A stretch of DNA of 63,230 nt, the filler included, from Octopus bimaculoides (taxonomy: Eukaryota), in the NCBI RefSeq assembly GCF_001194135.2. It is 8 parts of 8 records of this genome, joined end to end, with 100 filler letters (N's around TTAATTAATTAA, not from the genome) between each part and the next. Parts side by side here need not be neighbours in the genome. Positions count along the whole stretch, not along the records: positions 12,000 to 31,126 come from NC_068989.1; 7 more parts are not named here. One strand, given 5' to 3'. Both the position numbers and the translations under genes were made by a program. The notes under the pieces were generated by a model. It saw nothing but the letters and a program-made list of their open reading frames with translations, was not told the DNA's origin and ran no database searches. Every line of letters begins with the position of its first letter. Within the stretch, counting starts at the first letter, position 1. Shown here in pieces: positions 12,000 through 26,353 of the stretch.

Positions 12000-14250
12000 G
12001 TAAGGCGAGATACGTAGTAGTACAGAGGAAGAACAAGAGGGGTAAGGCGAGATACGTAGTAGTACAGAGGAAGAACGAGGGGGGGGGGAGAAAGGAAAGA
12101 GAAAGAGAAAGAGATAGAGTAGCGTCGGGGGATAAGTTTACGAAAACTACTTACAATTTTTGTGAGACGCTGCGTTCAATCATGTAAAAACAAAAGTAAA
12201 TGAGTATATGCATATATATGTACAGGTATGTGCATACCGACATCCACCTGTATGTATAGGTGCATATCTGGGTACAGGACATTGCAAACAAACGTAGACG
12301 AGAACACACGAGCCACATAGAGAACATTCTACTTCATCAGCTACCCACGTTTTAACACCACGTTTTTATTTCTCTATTGATGTTCAGCTTCAGTTCTACC
12401 AGAATCGTAAACCCTTTCTTTCAGGTATCGCTACAAGAAAAAATATCCGGGCTAATAAAGCCTGGGGAAAGTGAACGCTAGTTGACATTGCCGTAGCGGG
12501 AGATAATTCTCTCTCCAAAGCACTGCCGTAGCAACTGCATTGTTTCTCTAGATGGAACCATGTGTGAGGTCTACTTTGAGTGGCCTTCACGTTCCTCAGA
12601 GTTGTTTTCTACGGGAGATTTTGAAATACGATCGCAGAATTTATCAAAAGAAGTATTTCGTACATTTGGATTGGAGTGTGTGGATGTAGAGTTTACGTTT
12701 GCTTTTTTGTCATATATTTCCCTCAGAATACTTTTCTGTTAATTTAAGTTTCCTGCGGAATTCTGCAGCATTATTTTCAATTGCAGACATATTTTATGTG
12801 TTTTGGTAAAGATGAAAAAAAAAAAAAAAAATTGTTAGGATTTTTGTAAACATTTTTTTCTGTAAGGATTTGTATAGATTCTTTGTGGGAGTTTGGTTGG
12901 CTTTGGTTTTTCGTGACTGGAATACTTCGAGTGTCCCAGTTTATCTTATAAGAAACATCTGTATTTGTCATACATTTCGGAACATATTTATGTAGCTTAA
13001 GCATATTTCATTATTGTGCTGTTTGTTAAATCCTCTGAAGTTATTCCTTTCATTTGGAGTTGGTGTCGTCTAAAATGACTACTCTGTATTCTATTTTGTT
13101 TATTCTCCCTAGCAGGTGTCCAACTATTTGTTGAATTTTCTCTAAATACAAGTTCATGGATTTCTGTTTCAATTAATAATATACCTTCAATTCCAATTTC
13201 TAGTTTCCCTGTTTGCGAATCAATCTATGTAATTAGTGGACGGTGGTCATGTTAAGGTATTTTTAAGGGTCGGTCTAGGTTTTGTCGATGTCCATCGATA
13301 GATCATCTATGGTAATTGGGACCGTGAGGTGGTACTGCTAGAATAAGTTGTAGGCTGGTATATACATTGTTGCTTTTAAGTTTATGAATGGATTTTCACT
13401 CTGTATTCATTTAAAATTGTTCTTCGATTTTGAAGAGTCAGTCTTGCTTCCATTTCATATGTGTAGATAAATTGATTACTCATTTTCACATTGTTCTTTC
13501 CGATTTCTTAAACGAACTTGCAGTTCTGTGTCTTTTTCTCCTTTTTGAAGATTTGAAATTTCATCTGCTAGCCTTTGTCCATCTATTTATGCTGGTTATT
13601 GTCTATTCTCAGTTTCAATAGTTCAATCTCATTTTACATTTTATCTAGACATAATAAGTTTTATAATACAGTTATTTGTTGTTCAGGCTTTTCTTATATT
13701 GGGCTATGCTGCACTTTCTTTAGTAACATCGGCGAAATGGTTATTACAGCAAAGTTGAAGACATCCATCTTTCATAAACTGTTGCTTTTATACTTCTTAC
13801 AGTACATTCTAGAAACGTGAAGTTTTTCATATTCTGCTTTTGTAATCGAAACATAACTCAAAAACCTTTTCTTATTATGAGAATAAATTTGGGATTTATT
13901 TTGGATATTTTCATATATGGTGAATTATATGTCCTGTTGATCCTGTTGATCGTGTTTGACCGATTTTCTTAATATTTTTTGCCTAATTTTCCAATACTGT
14001 TAGCGAAGGGATATTTAATCATATTATTTCTTCATATTTTCTATGTTTTGTAATATAATGCTAAACATTCGTCATTTTTTTCATGAAGATTGGAAAGTTT
14101 AGTACTTATTTTTATTCAGTTGTTCGGGAGCTTAAGTGTTTTCTTTACCATAACATGGATAAACACAATATTTAGTTGTCTTCTTGAATTATCATTTATG
14201 AATAAAACGAATTGTGTTCCCTTAGTATTAATGGAAGAAGTAGCATATAT
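12000..14250 (-). mobile_element. Decayed Penelope-like element
   Basis: The - strand ORF 12777-13004 ends FFSSLPKHIK (like the FY.LPKIHK pre-RT motif). The terminus around 12270-12370 (ctgatgaag..aatgttct.tatgt...gtcctgtaccca) resembles 44915-45036. Confidence 0.5.
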
Positions 14251-14959
14251 GTTATTCAGATAGATTCATTACCGTAATACTTTCGATTCCCTATTTTCTG
14301 ATATAATTTCTCGATTGTCATGAACAATTCCATTCTCTACGATAGAAAAACAAAGGAACATAAACATAGGGTGTGAATATGTCTTATGGCACATTTTATT
14401 ATATAGATGTATATAGAGCCAATAGAAAGTGATTATAACGATTGATTTCGAGAAATGATATCGTACGAAGCAATAAATGTAGGTGTATTTGCTTATCTGC
14501 TTTAGATTTATTATCTTTTCAAAATTGCTCCTATTTTGTTTGGTTCATACCGCATCCCTTAAACGATAAATTCTTAATGAGAGACAGAAATATAGATCGA
14601 ATAATGGTGTATATAATCGGAGACACATTCACGATTATGTAAAGAGTGTGACCACACGCCTGCCGGAATGGAATATACAATTTCTTGCAAAGTAACAAAT
14701 AATAAGTTAATGTTAAAAGAATTACGCTGCAAGGAAACGCTCACGCTTAAGCTACTGCGATATAGATATACGAAAAACAAGGATACTATACGATAGATAT
14801 ATGAATATACGAAAAAATGTTTTTATAAGATAGATTGTTAAAAAAGAAGGTAATGTGTAAGAGATCTAAGTTGCTGCTTATATTTTGGTGACAACAAACG
14901 CAAATCATTAAGTAGATAAATGAAAATACAATTTTTCATATTGGTTTAAAATTATGGCA

Positions 14960-15400
14960 CAAGGAGTGACTAAGTCGATTACATCAGCCCAGTGTTCATC
15001 TGGTAGTTATTTTCTCGACCCCGAAATGATGAAAGGCAAAGTTGACCTCGACGGAAATTGATACCAATTTTCATACGAATATATATTTACATATATAAAG
15101 CAACACATATATATTTTCTCGCAGCTCTCAAAGTTTTCCGTTATACTAACGTATCTGCCGTGACATACATATATACACGTTTTCAATATTTATATGGAAG
15201 TTAAGGTAGTGAGTTTGCCGAATCGTTACCGCGCCGAGGAAAAGCTGAGCGGCATATCATCTGCCTTTACGTTTTAGCTCAAATTTCGTCGATTTCACAC
15301 TTTCCTTTCATCCTTTCGGAATTGATAAAACAAAGTACCGGCTGAACAGTGGCATCTATATACTTGACTTACACCCTACTCCGAAATTCCTGGTCTTATG
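14960..15400. mobile_element. Two diverged tRNA-SINE family B fragments (about 14960-15060 on -, 15205-15400 on +)
   Basis: Motifs aggtcaactttgcctttcatc and ctttcatcctttcgg..ttgataaa are shared with 31748-31945. Confidence 0.65.
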
Positions 15401-16837
15401 CTAAAGGCAAAAAATCAATATTTCAATAGCAGTAAATATATATTCAATTAATCTCAAAAGATTATATTTGTATTTTAACATGTTTACAATATATTGCCGA
15501 TCATCCAGAATGGGGATGTCTGGAAAACTTGAAATATCTCTTGAATTTTCAACCAGCACATTTTACAATTTTAAAAAGAAAAGTAGCTTGTTATAGAGTT
15601 GTCCTTGATATACTGCATGAAAACTAAACATAACTGAGATGCTAAATGATGGATAATTTCAAACATATATGTGATCCATTTCCATGTGGCAACACATCAT
15701 CAAAGTAGCCACGGACCAGGGCTTTGTAATTTTCAAATATTTAGTTTATTTACAAAACATTTGGATTTATATATTGATTTACAGGAATACGGTAATATGG
15801 TTCGTAAATCCAAAGTTACAAGGAAAAATGGAAAATTCTGGAGGGATGTCGATTTGAGAGTCGAAAAGGAAAAGTGGTCATGTTTTTTTTTTTAGTGTAG
15901 AACCTGCTGCTTTTGCCATTATTTTGGGTATAGAAGATGGGAAACCATTAATTTGATGGAATATAAATTCCACAGGGCCATCAATTTCATAGAAGTAATT
16001 AAACATTATAATAGTGGTAGATTTTGCAGTTATGATCACATGCTATATTTTAAGAATTTTAAAGATATCAACAAGTATATTTCCATGCAGTTGGTATGTG
16101 TGTTTAAGATATCCCTTTGACTTTAACGTGGATTAGCGCTCGGTCAGACACGAGAAACTGTGGGCAATTAATTTCAATCATGTTTATTTGTGGAACAAAT
16201 TCTCGTGAGTGAAATATTAACTTTCTATCTTTGAAAACAAAAATCGACGCTTCTTTAATGACGTTATTTATCGGACGCTTTTGTGAACAAATAGATTAGA
16301 GATCTCGTCTGAGAATATCATATACCGTTTTCCTTCGTTCATGAAGGCAATGCAAAGAGTCATACATGTTTCTCTAATTCATCTTTTTGATCTAAAAAAA
16401 AACAAAAAACAAACGCAAAATAGTTCAGCTACATATGCATATATGAAAATTAGTGTAGCACCAATATCACATTAATGTGAAATTGCTGAGTTACTTTTTT
16501 TAGATATATCACGCAGAGTTTTGACAAATATTGCCTCTATCATACAACTCATATTTAACGGCAAGTATTTGAGATCAATGTACAAACAATAAAAATATAA
16601 CTTTAGTTCTAAAGATATAAAATTGACATCTCATTGTCTAAACACTATTTTTATTGAAAACAAAGGAATTGAAAATTGTATACAAATTATATATACTGCT
16701 CAAAAGAATTTCGAGTGATAGGTAGCAGGGAAAAAATCTCATTTTCGAAGATAAGATCATTGCAATAAGTGTTACATTCAAAGTCCTTAGAAACCCATTG
16801 CAATTGTTCAGTTTTTAGCACTATGTAATGACTAGGA

Positions 16838-16874
<37 letters not shown>

Positions 16875-18729
16875 CATATATATACGTTTAGAATTAGTGT
16901 ATAGCTATATCGTAGACATATGTACATGTATGTATANNNNNNNNNNNNNNNNNNNNNNNNNNNNNNNNNNNNNNNNNNNNNNNNNNNNNNNNNNNNNNNN
17001 NNNNNNNNNNNNNNNNNNNNNNNNNNNNNNNNNNNNNNNNNNNNNNNNNNNNNNNNNNNNNNNNNNNNNNNNNNNNNNNNNNNNNNNNNNNNNNNNNNNN
17101 NNNNNNNNNNNNNNNNNNNNNNNNNNNNNNNNNNNNNNNNNNNNNNNNNNNNNNNNNNNNNNNNNNNNNNNNNNNNNNNNNNNNNNNNNNNNNNNNNNNN
17201 NNNNNNNNNNNNNNNNNNNNNNNNNNNNNNNNNNNNNNNNNNNNNNNNNNNNNNNNNNNNNNNNNNNNNNNNNNNNNNNNNNNNNNNNNNNNNNNNNNNN
17301 NNNNNNNNNNNNNNNNNNNNNNNNNNNNNNNNNNNNNNNNNNNNNNNNNNNNNNNNNNNNNNNNNNNNNNNNNNNNNNNNNNNNNNNNNNNNNNNNNNNN
17401 NNNNNNNNNNNNNNNNNNNNNNNNNNNNNNNNNNNNNNNNNNNNNNNNNNNNNNNNNNNNNNNNNNNNNNNNNNNNNNNNNNNNNNNNNNNNNNNNNNNN
17501 NNNNNNNNNNNNNNNNNNNNNNNNNNNNNNNNNNNNNNNNNNNNNNNNNNNNNNNNNNNNNNNNNNNNNNNNNNNNNNNNNNNNNNNNNNNNNNNNNNNN
17601 ATATATATAGATATATATATATATCAAGAGATGATCACACACACGCACATACACACATATATTTATATATATCTATCTATCGAAAAATATATGTGTGTTT
17701 TTCTGAATGTCTGTGTATGTGTGAGTGTTTATATACTCAAGAGATACAAACATACAACTATAGCTTTGCTAGTTTACTCCTCGAACTGTAACAACAGAAA
17801 TTATATCACTAGCGCATTATGAATATTAGGACTTGCAACAGGGGATGGTTTTAATTTCGTACCTGATGTAGGTGGAAACAACTCTCGTAGGAAGATAAAA
17901 ATGTTAAGAGAGAAAACACGCTCGTACCATATTAGCCGTAAGGAGAGGGAACCATGAAACTCCCTCTCCAGCGCTTCCACTAGACATTTAATGAACATCA
18001 AAAGTACATTCCCAAAATCAGGTGGAGCATCCATGACTTCAACCCTCCTTACAAACATGCAATTTCCCTTAGACACTGCACATTATCCATCAGCTTGCAG
18101 TATTCATTATTAGGGACAATATCCTATCTTATTCTTACCACCACAGATATATCCTGTAAATGAAATTCAAGACTCACGCTACTGCTAAGTACGGCTATGC
18201 ATTGAATTTATGCTGCTCGTAAAGATAACTGCCAACATATATATCTATGATATACATTCATTTATAACCTAACGCTATAAATTCTGTTACTGCCGAATGA
18301 TAACTGTCGTTGTTATATTGCCATATCCTACATAATAATAACTAGTTGACTGATTGACGGCAGCATCTTGCCACGGCGTTTGTTTTCCTCAGTAAATTTC
18401 AGCTATCAGTCATTATATAATCCTAAACAATGCTGTCAAATCGTAACAGCAATGTGTCTGCACCACGTATATGTAACAATAAAATAATCAATGTCGTTAA
18501 GATAGCAAAAACAGCAAGATAACCGTGAATTTGCGACATATATATCTAGGAAATATTTTTATTTTATAAAATTTCTTTTAAATTCTAACCACAGTGACTC
18601 TAGACATTGTGTGAAATGGACGTGTCCTAAGACCACGAAATTTATATACGATGCAGCGAAATGAAACGACTCTGAAATATGTGTAACTCAACTGAAATAT
18701 ATTGAGAAGTAATTTCGCTCGTACACACA

Positions 18730-18777
<48 letters not shown>

Positions 18778-21759
18778 TTGAGCTGATTATTTTATAATCC
18801 GAGTTACTTGAAAGAGACTCATTTTCATGTTGACAGGAAGTGTAAGCTACCACACTTGTCGAGTGCTACAGGCACTCGTATTGGTAACGGCTGGGATGCA
18901 GTCGACAAGTTATCTCTAATGTAGAAATCTAGACTTCTAGACAACATATAAAGGTACCTCTTCAAGTAACTGAAACCTCTGCTCTATCGTATGGCTGCTA
19001 TGCATGAACCCTTACCTCAAATCTGGAAAGAAGATTGCATAGAAGCTACATTTCCATGTAAGTGTGGCTTTGAATATCACTTGGGGAAAACGTCTGACTA
19101 CAATTATAAGGGAACCTTTCTCTAGTATCAGACATTATCAAAAATCGTAGAGTTAGATTTACAAGGCATTGCTGGAGAGCTTAAGATGAAATTTTTAGTG
19201 AAATTCCTTTTGTGGGAGTCAACGCAAGGGACGGCTGGCATGGAAAGACAAGCCGATACTCATATCCAGCAAATTTGAGACGATATAAACTGCAATCCCT
19301 TTCATCTGCCGAATATGATGTACAACAGAATCACATGAATCCAAGCAAGCAGCCCGACAGGTGTATTATGCAGAAGGTTAGTTATACAAGACAAGACAAT
19401 GTAAAGAGTGATTATAGATAAATAATTCAGAGGACGATACGTATTAATTAATACTTGGAGCAGGGAGAGCTTTTACTTCCGTATCCGATATAGGTGAAAA
19501 CTAAAAATGTCAGGCATGTTACATACATATAATCCCTTAGCATATTTCTGTATTCAGAAACTGCAACTATGTACACCCATTCTTTAGCTGAAAGATTTCA
19601 AATACCGAATGTTCCCGTGTTATCCATTAAATACTACGTTTTTAAGTAACTCTACTCACGAGTATATATTTTATCTGACAACATATCTTTCGTAAGCTTA
19701 ACATCACGAGCCAAACGAATCAAAAACCTAAATTTCTAGAAAATGAAGAAATGCTAAACTTGGTGTTCCTCGAAGACAATTATACATTTCGGCCCTCTTC
19801 ATTTATTTCCAAACGGGTAACCCAGAGAATAGATGCTCTAAAACAGATAGCAAATTTCAAACTAAGTTAATCAAAAACAAGCAAGGTTAAGAACAAGAAG
19901 CCGTTTAAATGCAATAAGTCTTGATATCACTCGTCACGAAAAGTATATATATAAAAATCTCGGTCATGTGAGAGTGTCTGTGATTATGTGTATACGTGTG
20001 TATATACTTTTCAAAGTTTGGAGATATATTAATTCACCATTAAATGTCTTCTATATTGTTTGCCAAATATATATAGGGATATCTTATTGCGTTGCTAAAC
20101 GTACATTCGCTTTCACCCCCTCACACATCACACACGCGCGCACGCGTATAAGGACACATATGCATAAGTGAATATGTATATACATGTCGCTATAAACATA
20201 CAGCCCATATACGCATACAATTATGTGTGGAATATTTGACGCAGTGTGTACTGTGAATCTATGTATATCTAAACTATTACATATATATATANNNNNNNNN
20301 NNNNNNNNNNNNNNNNNNNNNNNNNNNNNNNNNNNNNNNNNNNNNNNNNNNNNNNNNNNNNNNNNNNNNNNNNNNNNNNNNNNNNNNNNNNNNNNNNNNN
20401 NNNNNNNNNNNNNNNNNNNNNNNNNNNNNNNNNNNNNNNNNNNNNNNNNNNNNNNNNNNNNNNNNNNNNNNNNNNNNNNNNNNNNNNNNNNNNNNNNNNN
20501 NNNNNNNNNNNNNNNNNNNNNNNNNNNNNNNNNNNNNNNNNNNNNNNNNNNNNNNNNNNNNNNNNNNNNNNNNNNNNNNNNNNNNNNNNNNNNNNNNNNN
20601 NNNNNNNNNNNNNNNNNNNNNNNNNNNNNNNNNNNNNNNNNNNNNNNNNNNNNNNNNNNNNNNNNNNNNNNNNNNNNNNNNNNNNNNNNNNNNNNNNNNN
20701 NNNNNNNNNNNNNNNNNNNNNNNNNNNNNNNNNNNNNNNNNNNNNNNNNNNNNNNNNNNNNNNNNNNNNNNNNNNNNNNNNNNNNNNNNNNNNNNNNNNN
20801 NNNNNNNNNNNNNNNNNNNNNNNNNNNNNNNNNNNNNNNNNNNNNNNNNNNNNNNNNNNNNNNNNNNNNNNNNNNNNNNNNNNNNNNNNNNNNNNNNNNN
20901 NNNNNNNNNNNNNNNNNNNNNNNNNNNNNNNNNNNNNNNNNNNNNNNNNNNNNNNNNNNNNNNNNNNNNNNNNNNNNNNNNNNNNNNNNNNNNNNNNNNN
21001 NNNNNNNNNNNNNNNNNNNNNNNNNNNNNNNNNNNNNNNNNNNNNNNNNNNNNNNNNNNNNNNNNNNNNNNNNNNNNNNNNNNNNNNNNNNNNNNNNNNN
21101 NNNNNNNNNNNNNNNNNNNNNNNNNNNNNNNNNNNNNNNNNNNNNNNNNNNNNNNNNNNNNNNNNNNNNNNNNNNNNNNNNNNNNNNNNNNNNNNNNNNN
21201 NNNNNNNNNNNNNNNNNNNNNNNNNNNNNNNNNNNNNNNNNNNNNNNNNNNNNNNNNNNNNNNNNNNNNATATATATATATATATATATATATACATGCG
21301 CACAAACAGTTTATCAAGTATAAATCTATCAATATATAAACTAGAGAAAAACACAAAACTGTGTATACGCATGTTATACTTAAACTATTTATCAATAAAT
21401 TTATATTTTGCCTTTCAGTTTTCATTGTTTTGATACCTTTTTTGCAAACATTTTATTGGATGCAATTCACAAATCACAAAAATTACCCTTGTAGCTATTA
21501 TTGAATCTTACCACCAACCGATGTATGTATATCTAATTTTGTTTTATATAATATAACCCGCAGGATCTACTACTTTTCCTATTTTTCAAGATAACTTAGT
21601 ATATTTATTTTAACGTTGTTCTTCTCATTGTTTTTACCGAAATCAAACAACTTAGATAGACTAAATGGCAAGTACAACATAAATAATTTGCACACTCACA
21701 TTCACACATATATGTATCTATGCATATTAAGACATACATATATAGAGAGTGAGAGACAT

Positions 21760-21790
<31 letters not shown>

Positions 21791-21850
21791 CATGCACACA
21801 CACACACACCCGCACACACACATACACCCACCCACACACACAAACATATA

Positions 21851-21887
<37 letters not shown>

Positions 21888-23409
21888 NNNNNNNNNNNNN
21901 NNNNNNNNNNNNNNNNNNNNNNNNNNNNNNNNNNNNNNNNNNNNNNNNNNNNNNNNNNNNNNNNNNNNNNNNNNNNNNNNNNNNNNNNNNNNNNNNNNNN
22001 NNNNNNNNNNNNNNNNNNNNNNNNNNNNNNNNNNNNNNNNNNNNNNNNNNNNNNNNNNNNNNNNNNNNNNNNNNNNNNNNNNNNNNNNNNNNNNNNNNNN
22101 NNNNNNNNNNNNNNNNNNNNNNNNNNNNNNNNNNNNNNNNNNNNNNNNNNNNNNNNNNNNNNNNNNNNNNNNNNNNNNNNNNNNNNNNNNNNNNNNNNNN
22201 NNNNNNNNNNNNNNNNNNNNNNNNNNNNNNNNNNNNNNNNNNNNNNNNNNNNNNNNNNNNNNNNNNNNNNNNNNNNNNNNNNNNNNNNNNNNNNNNNNNN
22301 NNNNNNNNNNNNNNNNNNNNNNNNNNNNNNNNNNNNNNNNNNNNNNNNNNNNNNNNNNNNNNNNNNNNNNNNNNNNNNNNNNNNNNNNNNNNNNNNNNNN
22401 NNNNNNNNNNNNNNNNNNNNNNNNNNNNNNNNNNNNNNNNNNNNNNNNNNNNNNNNNNNNNNNNNNNNNNNNNNNNNNNNNNNNNNNNNNNNNNNNNNNN
22501 NNNNTATACATATATATATATATATATAAATATATAAATAAATAAATATATATACATAAATATATATACGTATATATATATATGCATATATATATGTATA
22601 TATTTATATGTATATGTATATGTATATATTTATATGTATATCTATTTGTATGTATATATGAATGTATATATGTATATATATGTACACACACATATATACA
22701 TAGATAGATAGATATATTGGAAGTGTTGTTAATCTGATGTTGACAGCTGCGATTTGAAGTTAAACCCTGTTCTTCTCACGACAATTTAAAAGCTAGGTCT
22801 CAAACATTGTCCCTTCGCAAGAACCGAAAATTCAGACTGCTACACAATAGTCTAATTTGCTTCACATTTGTTTTGATATAGTTTCACACGCATGTGTATC
22901 TGTAAGTATGCAGTAATGATGTTAATTAGATGTCTGACGCCATTTCGAGCTATTTAGAATTAAAGGATAAGTATTTCGAAATTCGTAAGTTACAGTCCTA
23001 GTGATAGACACGATTTATATTTTGTAGCTGGCTCCCTCACTCAGAGGGATACAACATCAGCACAGAGAGGCAACTCACATACATAAGATACAGTACATAA
23101 CACTTAAACTCAAGCAGCGGGGGAACTTATACTTGATTCGTGTCTTCGTCAGAAATCGCTATTAATTGCGAATCTGATTGCAATTATTTCCTCTCAATAT
23201 ATATATATATATATATANNNNNNNNNNNNNNNNNNNNNNNNNNNNNNNNNNNNNNNNNNNNNNNNNNNNNNNNNNNNNNNNNNNNNNNNNNNNNNNNNNN
23301 NNNNNNNNNNNNNNNNNNNNNNNNNNNNNNNNNNNNNNNNNNNNNNNNNNNNNNNNNNNNNNNNNNNNNNNNNNNNNNNNNNNNNNNNNNNNNNNNNNNN
23401 NNNNNNNNN

Positions 23410-23453
<44 letters not shown>

Positions 23454-23929
23454 TGGAGCTATTAGTTTGCTACTTACCATTAGGGTTTCGTGAAGGGCCC
23501 GGTTCGAGGCCGATCTTCCGAGTTGAAATGTTGAAGGACCACCGCAATAAAGTGTGTTAGTATAAAAAAAGGGAATATGTTAAATAGAATCATAATTAAC
23601 TGATCCTCTTGTATTTACTTTTATCCAAAGCCAGGAACTTTACATCACCCCCTCGTATGCGGTGGCTAGAATTACTGTGTGTAATCAAGCTATGTTTTTG
23701 AATATCGCATATTCAATACATATGTGTATGTGCGTGCATGCGTGTGTATGTGCTTGCGTGTATGCGTGTGTATATGTGTCTGTGCGTATATGTATGTGTA
23801 TGTGTGTACAAATATATGTGTGTTTTGTGTGTGGTGTTTGTGGGAGCTATATGTGCGTTCATGTGTGTGCGCATGCGTGTAGTTTGAATGTGTGTATGTA
23901 CGTGAGTTCATTATATGTGCGTGTTTGTA

Positions 23930-26150
23930 TATATAAAAATAGAATAGAATAACATAAGATAGATGAAAATGAAAAGAATACAAGATGAAGAAATAAAATT
24001 AATGAATAAAAATAAATTAAAAAGTAATATACAAGATAGAAAATGAAAATTAAAGGTTGAATTAGAAGATAATATAATTTATAAAAAACGAAATGTGAAA
24101 GAGATAATAAATCAATAAAATAAAATAAAAGGATCAAAATAAACAATTACGACGGAAAAAAAACGATAAAATATCGATCAAAAACAAATAAAAGTATAAA
24201 AAGAAGTTAGTGAATATAAGATAGGTTGTAGAGACAGTCATCGAGAAGAGCGGATTGTGTTGAGTCTGAAGGTGTTTGAGTGTGTAGGCGGAGTCGAGAG
24301 TGAGTGGATCCGTGGTGTCGGGCAAGGCTGAAACGGAAATATTTGAGGTGGAATGATTTGGCAAGCGGAAATAACGGGCGACAGGGATGTTCGTACGCAG
24401 CCGAACATCTCGTAGTCGTTCGATGAACAGGTTGATCAACGTAGAGTTTGTTCAGAGATTACATCTAATGAAAAAGATAAGACTGGAAGAAGTGAAGAAG
24501 ATGTTTCTAGTGTGGAGGGTTTGCTGGTTGGATCCAGTGAGGGAGGTGATATTGGTGATGAAATGAAACGTGTGGCCGCGGGATCTAGAACAAGGCACGG
24601 ATCCGAGTTGAGTTGGGATGGAAGAGGGGAAGGTGCTACGAACCAGTAGATCGCGTAGGTTACGGGCGCGTTTAAAGGAGGGCAAGAGTAGGCTGGAGAA
24701 TATGAGGCGGGTGGTGGGATCTTGCTGGAGACGATGGAAGGCCCATAGGATCCGCCGACCACGGTGTAGAGAGAAAGGAGGGAAAAATAGGGAAATGGGT
24801 GCGGTTTCGGAGATTGGTGTGGGGGAGGGAGAGAGGGCGGTGGTGCAGTCAATTAGACGAGCAAGGGCAATTTGGACGAGATTGAATGGGTATCTTCGAT
24901 GCATGAACAGGCGGACAAGGTACTGGGACTGGGTCTCTAAATCCTGGTCCGGGCTGCACAAGCATCTGAGACGGAGGAACTGTGAGATGGAACGGCCTGT
25001 TTGGTATGGGAAGGATGTAAGAAGGAAAGGCTGTGGTAAAGGTGGGATTCCGTTGGTTGTAAGAAGGCAGAGGAGGTGAGAGAGTAGGAAGGGAGATCAA
25101 TGGTGAGAGAGATATCTAGGAAATTTACAGATCGTAGAGGTAAATTGGTGAGAAGGGTAAAAGTTAGAAAGGAAAAAGATGAAATTGGAGAGTTCTTGGC
25201 GGGAGAGGGAGGTGGTGTCTATACAATCGTCTATGTAACGGCCGTTTAGCTATGGTGTCGGTCCGTAGAATTGGCAGAATATTTGGGCCTCAATGTGAAC
25301 AAAACATAGGTTGGCTAAATTGGGGCCTATTCTCGTTCCCATTGCGACGCCAGACCAAAGTTGGCTAAACTCCCCAGCGAACGTAAAGCTTTTGAGGGTG
25401 AGGACATGTTCTGCCAGACTGGGAAGAGTGGAGGTGCTGGGTGTGGTGTCTGGGCGATGGTCGAGAAAGTATTGGAGGGCTATGAGACCGTCGTTGTGGA
25501 AGATCAGCGTGTATAGGGATTTGATGTCCAAGATGAAGAAGAGGCGTGAGAGGCCTGGAGGGAAGTAAAACGGTTTGAAAGGACGAAGGGCGTGATTGGT
25601 TTTATGCATATGGGATGAGAGGGCAGCAACAAAAGGGGACAAGATGCGGTCCAGCTATTTAGGGAAGAGTTCTGTGGGGCAATTTCATGCAGAAACAATG
25701 TGGCGGCAAGGTTTGTCGGGTTTATGTATTTTGGGAAGGAGATTGATGGTGGAGGTACGGGGGAGGGCAGAAGAGGAGAGGAGGTCAAGGCTGGTGGAAG
25801 ACACACGCTGCTGGTTGGAGAAGGTTGGGTCAGAGGGGAGGATGGATAGAAGAGGGAATGTTGAAGTTGACTGAGCTCTTCCTTCCTGAATAGGTTCGAA
25901 CACCACACCAAACCACCACTGTTCAACCTTTGTCTGCCGGCTCCTCGACGATGTCGTTGAGACGACGGAGGTAACGAAGGTCGATCGATTCAGCCCGGGT
26001 GATGTTGGTCCAAAATTGAATCGGTTATCAGCGCATTACAATTGTGTACGGACAAGTTCAGGAAGTTGAACTGCCCTGGAGGCGGCTTCTGTTTGAATGG
26101 GCGGCGCTCCAGCTCCGAGATGTAATCCTGATAAATCAATATATATATNN
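23930..26150 (-). mobile_element. Penelope-like retroelement (RT + GIY-YIG), frameshifted
   Basis: The - strand gives PADKG*TVVVW, LPKIHKPDKPCRHIVSA, LDIKSLYT, GVAMGTRIGPNLANL, a Cys-containing linker (PCSRSR) and a GIY-YIG tail (LFIERLRDVR...PVARYF). Confidence 0.93.
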
Positions 26151-26297
26151 NNNNNNNNNNNNNNNNNNNNNNNNNNNNNNNNNNNNNNNNNNNNNNNNNN
26201 NNNNNNNNNATATATAATTGTTTAAAAGGACAACAAACATTGAGGCAAGGCACATATCTCAATTCGAATACAATATTATTATTGGAAACATATCAAA

Positions 26298-26353
26298 GTG
26301 TTACAGCTGTTTCTGGGATATCCCCGAGCATGGGATATTCCGTTATCAGAGAC
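26298..26353 (-). ncRNA. Type I hammerhead-like motif 5' of the Penelope element, probably decayed
   Basis: gtct-CTGATAA-cggaatatccc-atgctcg-gggatatccca-GAAA-CAGCTG-TA-acac. Stem II is about 10 bp, stem III is palindromic and the triplet is GUA. G8 is replaced by A while C3 is retained. Confidence 0.55.

Noticed and set aside
12000-12080. Short direct repeat of about 42 bp x2 (also 37343-37390) as CRISPR-like
   Set aside because: Only two adjacent units, no unique spacers, no cas genes, and a eukaryotic context.
24618-25874. + strand ORFs over the Penelope element (and - strand ORFs at 57345-58180)
   Set aside because: They are antisense shadows of the PLE coding strand.
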